From NCBI GenBank assembly GCA_036493735.1, contig DASXPH010000047.1, forward strand, positions 1,619-65,618: 64,000 nt of DNA, given 5' to 3'. Below, in pieces: positions 9,233 to 16,502 of this stretch. The notes below the pieces were generated by a model that saw only the letters and a list, made by a program, of their open reading frames with translations, had not been told where the DNA came from and searched no databases. Numbering within the stretch: the first letter of the stretch is position 1; the number at the start of each line of letters is the position of its first letter. Origin of the DNA: Gemmatimonadaceae bacterium. GTDB taxonomy: Bacteria; Gemmatimonadota; Gemmatimonadetes; Gemmatimonadales; Gemmatimonadaceae. The position numbers and the translations under genes are program-made.

Positions 9233-10396
9233 GTGGCGATAACAGGCGCTGTCCTCTTGTCGATGACAATCGGCTGTGAGTTGGATAAGACGCCGATTCC
9301 ACCGAAGACGCCGCAGATCGTGCTGGAGGGGGTGTTGAACGCGGGCGCGCCATCGCAGGTCGTTCTGCTCGAGCGCGCCCGCAGTGGGCTCGTGTACGTG
9401 ATCTCGCCGCCTTACGATACTGAAGATCCGGTGACGAGCGATGCGGGGATCCCCGAGACCGGGGCGACGGTGACACTGATCACGCCGAGCGGGCAGTCGA
9501 TCCAAGCAATCGAAGACAGCAAAGTCAACGATGGGAAGGGAGAGGGTGTTTATCGAATTCCAATCACCGGCAATTCGTTGGTTCGCGATCAAACATATCA
9601 CCTGCTGGTGCAGACGCTGAGTGGCGAGACGTTGAGTGCCGTCACGTCCGTGCCCGATGGAATCGCGTCGACCAGCGTGACATACAACCCGAGCTTCGAT
9701 CGAACGAGGGACACCTTTTCCGCCACATGGCCCGCATCCGCGACGGCGAAGAGTTATCTCGTACGAATCGACACACCGGACGGGCCGCGGCAGTTTTTCA
9801 CGCAAGGGACCTCGATCAGTCTCCCGGGCATGCTGCGCAATGTTGATGTCGCGGAACTACCGCATGTGTTCTTCCCGGGTTTCCAACAGAACGTGACCGT
9901 GTCCGCCGTGGACTCCAACTACTACGACTGGTTCCGGACGCATAACGACGTGATCTCCGGCGAAGGCTTGATAAATCGAATCACCGGTGGCGTCGGCGTG
10001 TTCGGCTCGCTCGTGCTGCTGGAATACGACTACCTTCAGGTGACCGCCCCGAGGACACAGCCCACCGAGGGGACGTTCAATTTTACCGGCTCGTCGTTCG
10101 ACGCACTTGCCGTGCGCTATCTGAGCTTCGACATCTACATCGAATCGCCGGCGGCACGGAGCGGGCAGTCGGACGCCTTGAGTGGTCGATATACGCCGAA
10201 GCCGCGCCTCGATTACCACGGATGCCCTGTGTGCGGCTTTCTGGGGACGGCCAGCGGCAACCGGATCGAGCTCGCGTTGCTCGATGGCTGGTCGGCAAGG
10301 GATACGGTCGAAGTCTTCGACGGCCAGCTACAGGGCGATACCCTGACCGGCTACTTCCGCTTTGGTGGTGGCCCGTTCAAATTCGTTAGGCAATAG
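9233..10396 (+). CDS. DUF4249-like lipoprotein (usual partner of this receptor class)
   Basis: GTG at 9233, 1 nt after the receptor stop, gives VAITGAVLLSMTIGC (lipobox). Track ORF 9176..10396 is in the same frame but would overlap the receptor by 56 nt. Confidence 0.7.
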   Translation: MAITGAVLLSMTIGCELDKTPIPPKTPQIVLEGVLNAGAPSQVVLLERARSGLVYVISPPYDTEDPVTSDAGIPETGATVTLITPSGQSIQAIEDSKVNDGKGEGVYRIPITGNSLVRDQTYHLLVQTLSGETLSAVTSVPDGIASTSVTYNPSFDRTRDTFSATWPASATAKSYLVRIDTPDGPRQFFTQGTSISLPGMLRNVDVAELPHVFFPGFQQNVTVSAVDSNYYDWFRTHNDVISGEGLINRITGGVGVFGSLVLLEYDYLQVTAPRTQPTEGTFNFTGSSFDALAVRYLSFDIYIESPAARSGQSDALSGRYTPKPRLDYHGCPVCGFLGTASGNRIELALLDGWSARDTVEVFDGQLQGDTLTGYFRFGGGPFKFVRQ

Positions 10397-10428
10397 TCAG
10401 GTCGTATCACGTAGCACCGAGGCATCTC

Positions 10429-11025
10429 GTGGCACGCCGATCCATTCGTTTGTGCGGGCAGGACATCGATCAGCCGGGACACATCTGCGCCTTTTTCGGC
10501 TCTCGTGAGGAAGAGTACGCGACGCTCATTCCTTATCTGAAGGAGGGGATGGACGAGGGCGACGACATCCTGAATGTCATCGACGAGGCCCGAATCGCGG
10601 ATCATCGCTCGCGCCTGGAGGCGGGCGGCATCCGCGTCGAGGACGGTCATCTGTCGATCGCGGCATCGGAGAGCACGTATCTCGCCGGCGGCCAGTTCGA
10701 TATGCGGCGGATGGTCGACTTCGTTCGCGATCAGCTCTCACGATCGGCGCACGACGGCCGTTACGTGCGCACGGCGGGCTGGATGGACTGGCTGTCGCGC
10801 GAGTCCACGGACGTGAAGCGGGTGATGGAGTACGAGTCGCGCATGAATCTTCTGGTGCCGGATTTCGATTGCACGTTCATGTGTGTGTACGACCTGTCCT
10901 CGCTAGGAGGCGATACGGTGGCCGACATCCTGGCGACGCATCCATTCGTCATTCTCAATGGCCAGGTTCGACAGAACGAGTTCTACGTTCCGCCCGAGGA
11001 GTATTTGCGACAACTCCTGCAGTAG
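10429..11025 (+). CDS. Stand-alone MEDS-domain protein
   Basis: 198 aa. The HICAFFGSREEEYATLIPYLKEGMDEGD opening and overall layout resemble the MEDS (DcmR-type sensory) domain. Confidence 0.6.
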   Translation: MARRSIRLCGQDIDQPGHICAFFGSREEEYATLIPYLKEGMDEGDDILNVIDEARIADHRSRLEAGGIRVEDGHLSIAASESTYLAGGQFDMRRMVDFVRDQLSRSAHDGRYVRTAGWMDWLSRESTDVKRVMEYESRMNLLVPDFDCTFMCVYDLSSLGGDTVADILATHPFVILNGQVRQNEFYVPPEEYLRQLLQ

Positions 11026-11052
11026 ACTCTGGGTGATCAGACGGAGACAACG

Positions 11053-11988
11053 ATGAACCGGATGCTCGTATGCCAGACGGCGCTCCTGTTGCTCGCGTCG
11101 TCCCTCGCCGCCCAACCCATGAACGTTGCCCAGCGACTCGGCTACCCCGCCAATTCAAAGTTGCTCATCCTGCACGGCGATGACCTCGGCGTGGCGCATT
11201 CGGTGAACGTCGCCAGTCTCGACGCGCTCGACCGTGGCGCGATCACGTCGGCGAGCATCATGATGCCGACGCCATGGGTGACGGAGGTCGCGGCGTACGC
11301 AAAGGCCCGTCCCGACGCGGATCTCGGGCTGCACCTTACCCTGACGAGCGAATGGGAGACATATCGGTGGGGGAGCGTCGCGTCGAAGGATCAGGTGCCG
11401 AGTCTCCTCGGCCCGGACGGAACCTTTCCGAGCGACGTACCGCCGGTCGTCGCGCGCGCGAAGGCGGCGGAGGTCGAGCGCGAGCTGCGGGCGCAGGTGG
11501 AGCGCGCGCTGGCGATGGGGATCCATCCCACGCACCTCGACAGCCACATGGGCGCGCTGTTCGTGACGAACGATCTCGTCGCGACATATATCAAGGTCGC
11601 GCACGACTATCACCTACCATTTCTCGCGATCCGTGGCTTTCCGGCGGGCGTGACTCAGGTGCCGCTGGGGCCGAACGATGTGGTGCTCGACAATGTCGTC
11701 ATCGCTGGCCCCGAGATCGCGCGCGACCACTGGAAGGAGTTCTACCTGAACACGATCGCGAATCTCAAACCGGGCCTCACGGAGATCATCGTCCACCTCG
11801 GCCACGACGACAGTGAGCTGCAGGCGGTGACGGTGAACCACGAGCCCTATGGCTCAGCGTGGCGGCAGCGCGATTACGACGTCGTGAATAGCGCGGAGTT
11901 CAAGAAGGCGCTGAAGGACAACAACGTGATTCTCATCCGCTATCGGGACTTGCAGAAATTGATCGGCCAGCCGCTCGGGATGAAATAA
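11053..11988 (+). CDS. YdjC/ChbG-family carbohydrate deacetylase-like protein, secreted
   Basis: 311 aa with a signal peptide. It contains LILHGDDLGVAHSVN and GLHLTLTSEW motifs typical of the YdjC family. Confidence 0.75.
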   Translation: MNRMLVCQTALLLLASSLAAQPMNVAQRLGYPANSKLLILHGDDLGVAHSVNVASLDALDRGAITSASIMMPTPWVTEVAAYAKARPDADLGLHLTLTSEWETYRWGSVASKDQVPSLLGPDGTFPSDVPPVVARAKAAEVERELRAQVERALAMGIHPTHLDSHMGALFVTNDLVATYIKVAHDYHLPFLAIRGFPAGVTQVPLGPNDVVLDNVVIAGPEIARDHWKEFYLNTIANLKPGLTEIIVHLGHDDSELQAVTVNHEPYGSAWRQRDYDVVNSAEFKKALKDNNVILIRYRDLQKLIGQPLGMK

Positions 11989-12009
11989 GGAAAGCAGCGT
12001 GCTCCAGGC

Positions 12010-12702
12010 TCAGATGATCTGGATCCGGACGCCCCCGCCGACCTGATCGAGGATCAGGATCGTTCGCTTCTCGCCGCTCGCGAGCGGCACCTGCACTTTC
12101 ACCGGCGCGGTAGACCAGCCCGAGGAGTCGGCAGGTGTTTGCCAGATGTGCACCTCCCACGTGCCGACTGTGCTCTGAAGGAAGGGTGCGCTGAGACTCG
12201 TCGGATTGTCCTGGTAGTTGAATGGGAACTGCCACGCGATAGGCGTCTGGTAGTCGGGCTGGGTGCGATAGACCTGGAGCGTGCCGGCGTTCGGCGCGAG
12301 ATGAATGACGCGGAGCTTCGTGGCGCCGGCGGGGACGACGTCGTTCGTGTCATCGAGCACCGCGGCGGAGATCGTGCCGCTGGAGGAGCGTACGGCGGCG
12401 ATCGTGCTCAGGGCACCGCTGACGGCCGCGAACTGCTGGGTGATCGGCGTCCCCGAGCCCGCAGGCCGCATCACGAGCGTGTGACTACCGGGCTGCGGCC
12501 CCAGCGTATCGATCGCGCCCGCGGAGACCGCCGACGCGGCGATGACGTCATCGATGAAGATGTCGACGGGCCCGGGGAACCCGTTGACGATGCGAAGCGA
12601 CGGCGTCCCACCTAACGAGCAGCAGGTCGTCGTCGAGTCGGTGTTGCAGCCGGCGGTGGCAGCCGCGAGGAGCGCGACGGCGGCAAGAGCGCGAAAGCGC
12701 AT
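12010..12702 (-). CDS. DUF4397-domain lipoprotein
   Basis: 230 aa with lipobox AATAGC. It has repeated LRIVNG..VDIFID and LRVIHLAPNAG..LQVY segments. Confidence 0.7.
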   Translation of the reverse strand: MRFRALAAVALLAAATAGCNTDSTTTCCSLGGTPSLRIVNGFPGPVDIFIDDVIAASAVSAGAIDTLGPQPGSHTLVMRPAGSGTPITQQFAAVSGALSTIAAVRSSSGTISAAVLDDTNDVVPAGATKLRVIHLAPNAGTLQVYRTQPDYQTPIAWQFPFNYQDNPTSLSAPFLQSTVGTWEVHIWQTPADSSGWSTAPVKVQVPLASGEKRTILILDQVGGGVRIQII

Positions 12703-12735
12703 AATAGGCTCCGAACAGGGCGTCCGGTGAGCAAT

Positions 12736-13701
12736 CTAAGGGTCGGTCACGCCGAAGCGTACCTGCCGCGTTTCGCGCTCCATCCCGGTGCGCCGCGTTA
12801 GGCAGTCGTACAATTCCGGCCGTCTCGCGCGCAGCCAGCGGCGCCCAGAGGACATCGGCAGCAGCGACGCGTCGAGATCGGCGACGACCATGTCGTCGCC
12901 CGGCTTGCTCGTCTCGGCGATCACCTCGCCATAGGGATCGAGGATCATCGCATTCCCGGTGCGGATCTCGTCGTCGTCCGGACCGACGCCGTTGCTGAAG
13001 ATGAGAAAGAGGCCGTTGTCGTGCGCGCGACTCGGCAGCCAGCGCATGAGCCACGCGCGCCCCTTCGGCCCACAGAGCTCGGCGCGGATCGCGTCGGGGT
13101 CCTCGTGGCGTCGCGCCCAGATGGCGGGATCGACGGGCTTCATTGCCTTCGGGCTCACCGAGTTGCATCCGCCCGTCTGATGCGGCGCGAGCAGGACCTC
13201 GGCGCCGGCGAGCGCCGTCGCCCGCGCGTTCTCGACGATGTTGTTGTCGTAGCAGGTGAGCACGCCGACGCGGCAGCCGTGGGGCGTGTCGAAGACGGTG
13301 TACTGTTCGCCGTTGGACAGGTGTTCACTCACGAACTCGTGCAGCTTGCGGTGGACGGCCCACTCGCCGTTAGGCATGGCGACGACATAGCCGTTGTACA
13401 TCCGCCCGTCGGCGGCGCGTTCGATGAGCCCGGCGCCGATGGTGATGCTCCGCTCGCGTGCGAGGCGAAGCAAATCCTGAGTCAATGGGCCGTCCGGGAC
13501 CGGCTCGGCGAGCGCCTCGACCTCGTCGCGCGAGAGCTTGCGGACATGCCAGTAGCCCGTCAGGCACATCTCCGGAAAAACGACGATCTCCGCGCCGGCG
13601 TGGGCGGCGTCATTCACATAGTGCCTAACGCGGCCGAGGTTGTACGGCTTGTCGCCGGGCGCATGCTGGAACTGGACACTCGCGACGCGGATGTTCCGCA
13701 T
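12736..13701 (-). CDS. Carbon-nitrogen hydrolase (nitrilase superfamily)
   Basis: ATG at 13701 gives MRNIRVASVQFQHAPGDKPYNL..IVVFPEMCLTGY, with catalytic Glu and a later TCYD Cys motif. Its start lies 1 nt from the kinase stop. The upstream extension of the track ORF is Arg-rich junk. Confidence 0.85.
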   Translation of the reverse strand: MRNIRVASVQFQHAPGDKPYNLGRVRHYVNDAAHAGAEIVVFPEMCLTGYWHVRKLSRDEVEALAEPVPDGPLTQDLLRLARERSITIGAGLIERAADGRMYNGYVVAMPNGEWAVHRKLHEFVSEHLSNGEQYTVFDTPHGCRVGVLTCYDNNIVENARATALAGAEVLLAPHQTGGCNSVSPKAMKPVDPAIWARRHEDPDAIRAELCGPKGRAWLMRWLPSRAHDNGLFLIFSNGVGPDDDEIRTGNAMILDPYGEVIAETSKPGDDMVVADLDASLLPMSSGRRWLRARRPELYDCLTRRTGMERETRQVRFGVTDP

Positions 13702-13702
13702 G

Positions 13703-14920
13703 TCAGCGCGCCTTCGCCTTCCTCCGCGGACTCCGCGCACTCTGCGGCCCCCGCGTTTTTGTCGGCGTCTTTTTCGCACCGTCCACCAATCGCCAGAACT
13801 GCTTATCACCGATCACCGTCACCGCGTGGCCCAAGGCGGCCAGTCGGCGGATCTCCATGATCTTCGTGCCGCCAACGGTGCCGGCAACCTGCAGCGGGTT
13901 CGGTCGCCCGCGTACGAGCACGTCCGTCAGTTGCCCCGGCTTCGACTGCACCACCGCGCCGGCTTTCTTCGCGGCGGTGATTGCTTCGCTCCGTGGGCGG
14001 CTCAGGAATCCGGTGAACGAGATTCGCTTGCCCCTGAGGCTCTGGAGACGTCCCGTCGCCGGCGGCGACGGTATGCGCTGGCGGAGCGCGGCGATCAGCT
14101 CTCCCGCCGCTTCGTAGCGCTTGCCGCGCGAGCCGAGGCAGCGGTGGATGACCTCCTTCAGATGATCGCTGCATGGCAGGCGGCGCACGTCCTTGCTGCG
14201 CATCGGCTTCGAGATCTCGCCGCGCAACAGCATCGCGGCGATGAGGCCGATCTGATAGATGTCGTCGCGCTGCTGCCAGCGCCGGATCTTGCCCCACGCG
14301 ATCTCGGTTGGCGCGTTGAGCACGTTGAACGCGTCGGCGGTGACCCCGCGGCGGCTCAACTGGTGCGTCGCAATGCCGAAGTCGCCGAGCTTGAGCTCCT
14401 CGTTCTCGCAGACAAAGACGTTGAAGGGGGTGAGGTCGCGATGCAGCGCCTGGCCCCGATGCAGGGCGTCGAGCGCGCGGAGAATCGCCGCGATCTCGCG
14501 CCTAACGAATCGCTCGGACTGTGGACCGGCGCGCGTCAGCCACTGGCTGAGATCACCCTGCTCGGCATACTCCATCGCGAGGCAGTAGCGCGTGCGCAAA
14601 CCGTCGACGATGGGAAAGCGGTCGTAGACGCGCAGCGCGCGCACCTCGCGATCGAGCAGCTCGGCGAAGTACGCTTCGCGCAGCCACGCCGTGAGTCGCT
14701 CGCTGATCTTGACGCAAACCTTCGCCGGAAATCCCTGAGCGGGTGTGACCGTCGCGAGATACACCTCGCCGAAGCCGCCCTTGCCGATGAGCTGCTCGAG
14801 GTGATAGGTGCGTCCCGTCTCGCCGCTATAGGCAGTTGGCACGTTCGATTTTGCGGCGACCGTTGGGTGCGGCGTGTACGCAGCGCCGAGTGCGGTCGTC
14901 TCCCGATTTTGGGTCGGCAT
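13703..14920 (-). CDS. Hanks-type Ser/Thr protein kinase fused to a C-terminal BRCT domain and a basic tail
   Basis: Kinase motifs are IGKGGFGEVY, VCVKISE, HRDLTPFN and LGDFGIA. The C-terminal LRGKRISFTGFLSRPRSEAITAAKKAGAVVQSKPGQLTDVLVRG..GGTKIMEIRRLAALGHAVTVIGDKQFWRLV matches the LigA-type BRCT pattern. The tail is KKTPTKTRGPQSARSPRRKAKAR. Confidence 0.8.
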   Translation of the reverse strand: MPTQNRETTALGAAYTPHPTVAAKSNVPTAYSGETGRTYHLEQLIGKGGFGEVYLATVTPAQGFPAKVCVKISERLTAWLREAYFAELLDREVRALRVYDRFPIVDGLRTRYCLAMEYAEQGDLSQWLTRAGPQSERFVRREIAAILRALDALHRGQALHRDLTPFNVFVCENEELKLGDFGIATHQLSRRGVTADAFNVLNAPTEIAWGKIRRWQQRDDIYQIGLIAAMLLRGEISKPMRSKDVRRLPCSDHLKEVIHRCLGSRGKRYEAAGELIAALRQRIPSPPATGRLQSLRGKRISFTGFLSRPRSEAITAAKKAGAVVQSKPGQLTDVLVRGRPNPLQVAGTVGGTKIMEIRRLAALGHAVTVIGDKQFWRLVDGAKKTPTKTRGPQSARSPRRKAKAR

Positions 14921-14965
14921 AGGGCTACTAGTTGACCTCTTTCGGGTGCTCCGTCAAGTCGGGGC

Positions 14966-15007
14966 GCGTGGCCCGTGGCGCGTGGCGCGTGGCGCGTGGG
15001 GCGTGGC
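14966..15007. repeat. Six tandem copies of the heptamer GCGTGGC in a divergent promoter region
   Basis: The sequence reads GCGTGGC CCGTGGC GCGTGGC GCGTGGC GCGTGGG GCGTGGC. No complementary arm lies nearby. Confidence 0.8.
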
Positions 15008-15121
15008 GCGTAAAGACGTCGAACCGCGAAATGTCCCGTTTCGGCCACGAGATACGAATAAAGAATAAGTCGGAAGCCAGACTTGCTCGCGATCGAACCA
15101 ACAACGGGAGAGCTCAGATTC

Positions 15122-15796
15122 ATGTTCACAACGCTGACCACGACGCGCCGCGCGATGCTTGCCGCATCGCTCGCGACGATTGCCGCAGGCGCCGCCATCA
15201 CCGTGCACGCGGGCGCACTCCAGGCGGATACGAAGCCTGCCGCGCACAACGTGCCGAGCAACAACTGGCTCAAAGGGCTGAAGGCGAAACACAAGCAGTT
15301 CTTCGACAATCCTTCACCGAACGGCGGGGTCGCGCTCGTGCATGTGATGAACTATTACGACACCTATAACAAAGCCTTCAATGTGAAGGACTCCGACATC
15401 GACGCGGTGCTCACCTTCTACGCCGCGACCACCTTCTATGGGCTGAACGACGCCGCGTGGGCGAAGTACGATCTTGGCGAGTTTCTCGACGCGAAGGATC
15501 CCGCGACGGGCAAGCCCGCGACGGCCAATCCATGGCGCACGGCGCCGGTGGTCCTCGGTATGACGCTGCCGTCAGCGAGTATCGAGTCGCTCCATAAGCG
15601 CGGCGCGACGCTGATTATGTGTAACAATGCGCTGACGATCTTCTCCGGCTTGCTCGCGGCGAAGCGCGGGCTCGACGCGAAGGTGGTCTACGAAGACCTG
15701 CGCGCGAACATTCTCCCGGATGTTCAGTTGGTGCCGGGGATGGTGGTCGCCGTCGAACAGGCGCAACGAGCGGGGTTGAGCTACCACCGCCAGTGA
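15122..15796 (+). CDS. Tat-exported protein, possibly DsrE/DsrF-like fold
   Basis: ATG at 15122 gives MFTTLTTTRRAMLAASLATIAAGA (twin-arginine signal). The family assignment is tentative and made by eye. Confidence 0.5.
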   Translation: MFTTLTTTRRAMLAASLATIAAGAAITVHAGALQADTKPAAHNVPSNNWLKGLKAKHKQFFDNPSPNGGVALVHVMNYYDTYNKAFNVKDSDIDAVLTFYAATTFYGLNDAAWAKYDLGEFLDAKDPATGKPATANPWRTAPVVLGMTLPSASIESLHKRGATLIMCNNALTIFSGLLAAKRGLDAKVVYEDLRANILPDVQLVPGMVVAVEQAQRAGLSYHRQ

Positions 15797-15814
15797 ACCC
15801 GTTGGTGTTGAGCA

Positions 15815-15864
15815 GTGGGCGTTGGGCCTTGATCGCTAGACGCCAAACGCGGAACGCCCAACGC
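15815..15864. terminator. Heptad-type hairpin between convergent genes
   Basis: GCGTTGGGC (15819-15827) pairs with GCCCAACGC (15856-15864). The flanks read as GCGTT-type 7-mers. The element overlaps the stop of the 15864..16316 gene. Confidence 0.4.
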
Positions 15865-16316
15865 TATGAGCTCAGTACGTCGCTTCGTTTCAGTTCGTCG
15901 GTGAGCCAGCGGGCGCCCGCTACGATGGCGCCCGCGATCGGCATGAGAATGAGCGCGCGCACCAGGAGTGTCACCGTGTTCGTCATGGCGCCCGCGAGGG
16001 CGGCACTGAACCCGGCCGGCATAACGAGCCGGCCGGCGAGATCGGCGACGACGCCCCCGCAGAAAATGGTGGCAGCAATGATCAGTCCCGCGCCGAGCCA
16101 GTTGTCGTCACGCAGCCAGATCACGACGCCGACAACATAGATCGCGGCCACCAGCCAGAGCAGACTCGTGAGGAAGGCCGCGGTCGCGCTCATCGGCGCG
16201 AGCGTCGTCAACAACTTGGCGACGGTCCGCACCATCGTGTACACGGCGGCGGGGAGGAGCACCGAGGCGGCCTCCGGCCCGTCCAATTGAATGCGAAAAT
16301 CTACCCCTTTGCTCAT
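15864..16316 (-). CDS. Hypothetical integral membrane protein
   Basis: 150 aa with about four hydrophobic helices. Confidence 0.55.
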   Translation of the reverse strand: MSKGVDFRIQLDGPEAASVLLPAAVYTMVRTVAKLLTTLAPMSATAAFLTSLLWLVAAIYVVGVVIWLRDDNWLGAGLIIAATIFCGGVVADLAGRLVMPAGFSAALAGAMTNTVTLLVRALILMPIAGAIVAGARWLTDELKRSDVLSS

Positions 16317-16502
16317 CGCACAGGTCGTTAGGCGGGCAAAAAGTCACGGCGGCATCGTCGCGCTGGAAAGCGGGCCCGCGGCTACTTACCCGCTCCACAC
16401 AATCGACGACTCGGCCATGACCTCCGAAACCACCCCGTCCGGCGCTCTGTGGGCCATGTCCACCCAGCGGCAGGATATGGGTCACCGATTCGCCCAGTGA
16501 GC

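Noticed and set aside
14966-15007. Possibility that the heptamer arrays (also 34404-34501 and 50243-50298) are CRISPR arrays
   Set aside because: The repeat unit is 7 nt with no spacers and no cas genes. The architecture is tandem or palindromic microsatellite-like, not repeat-spacer.
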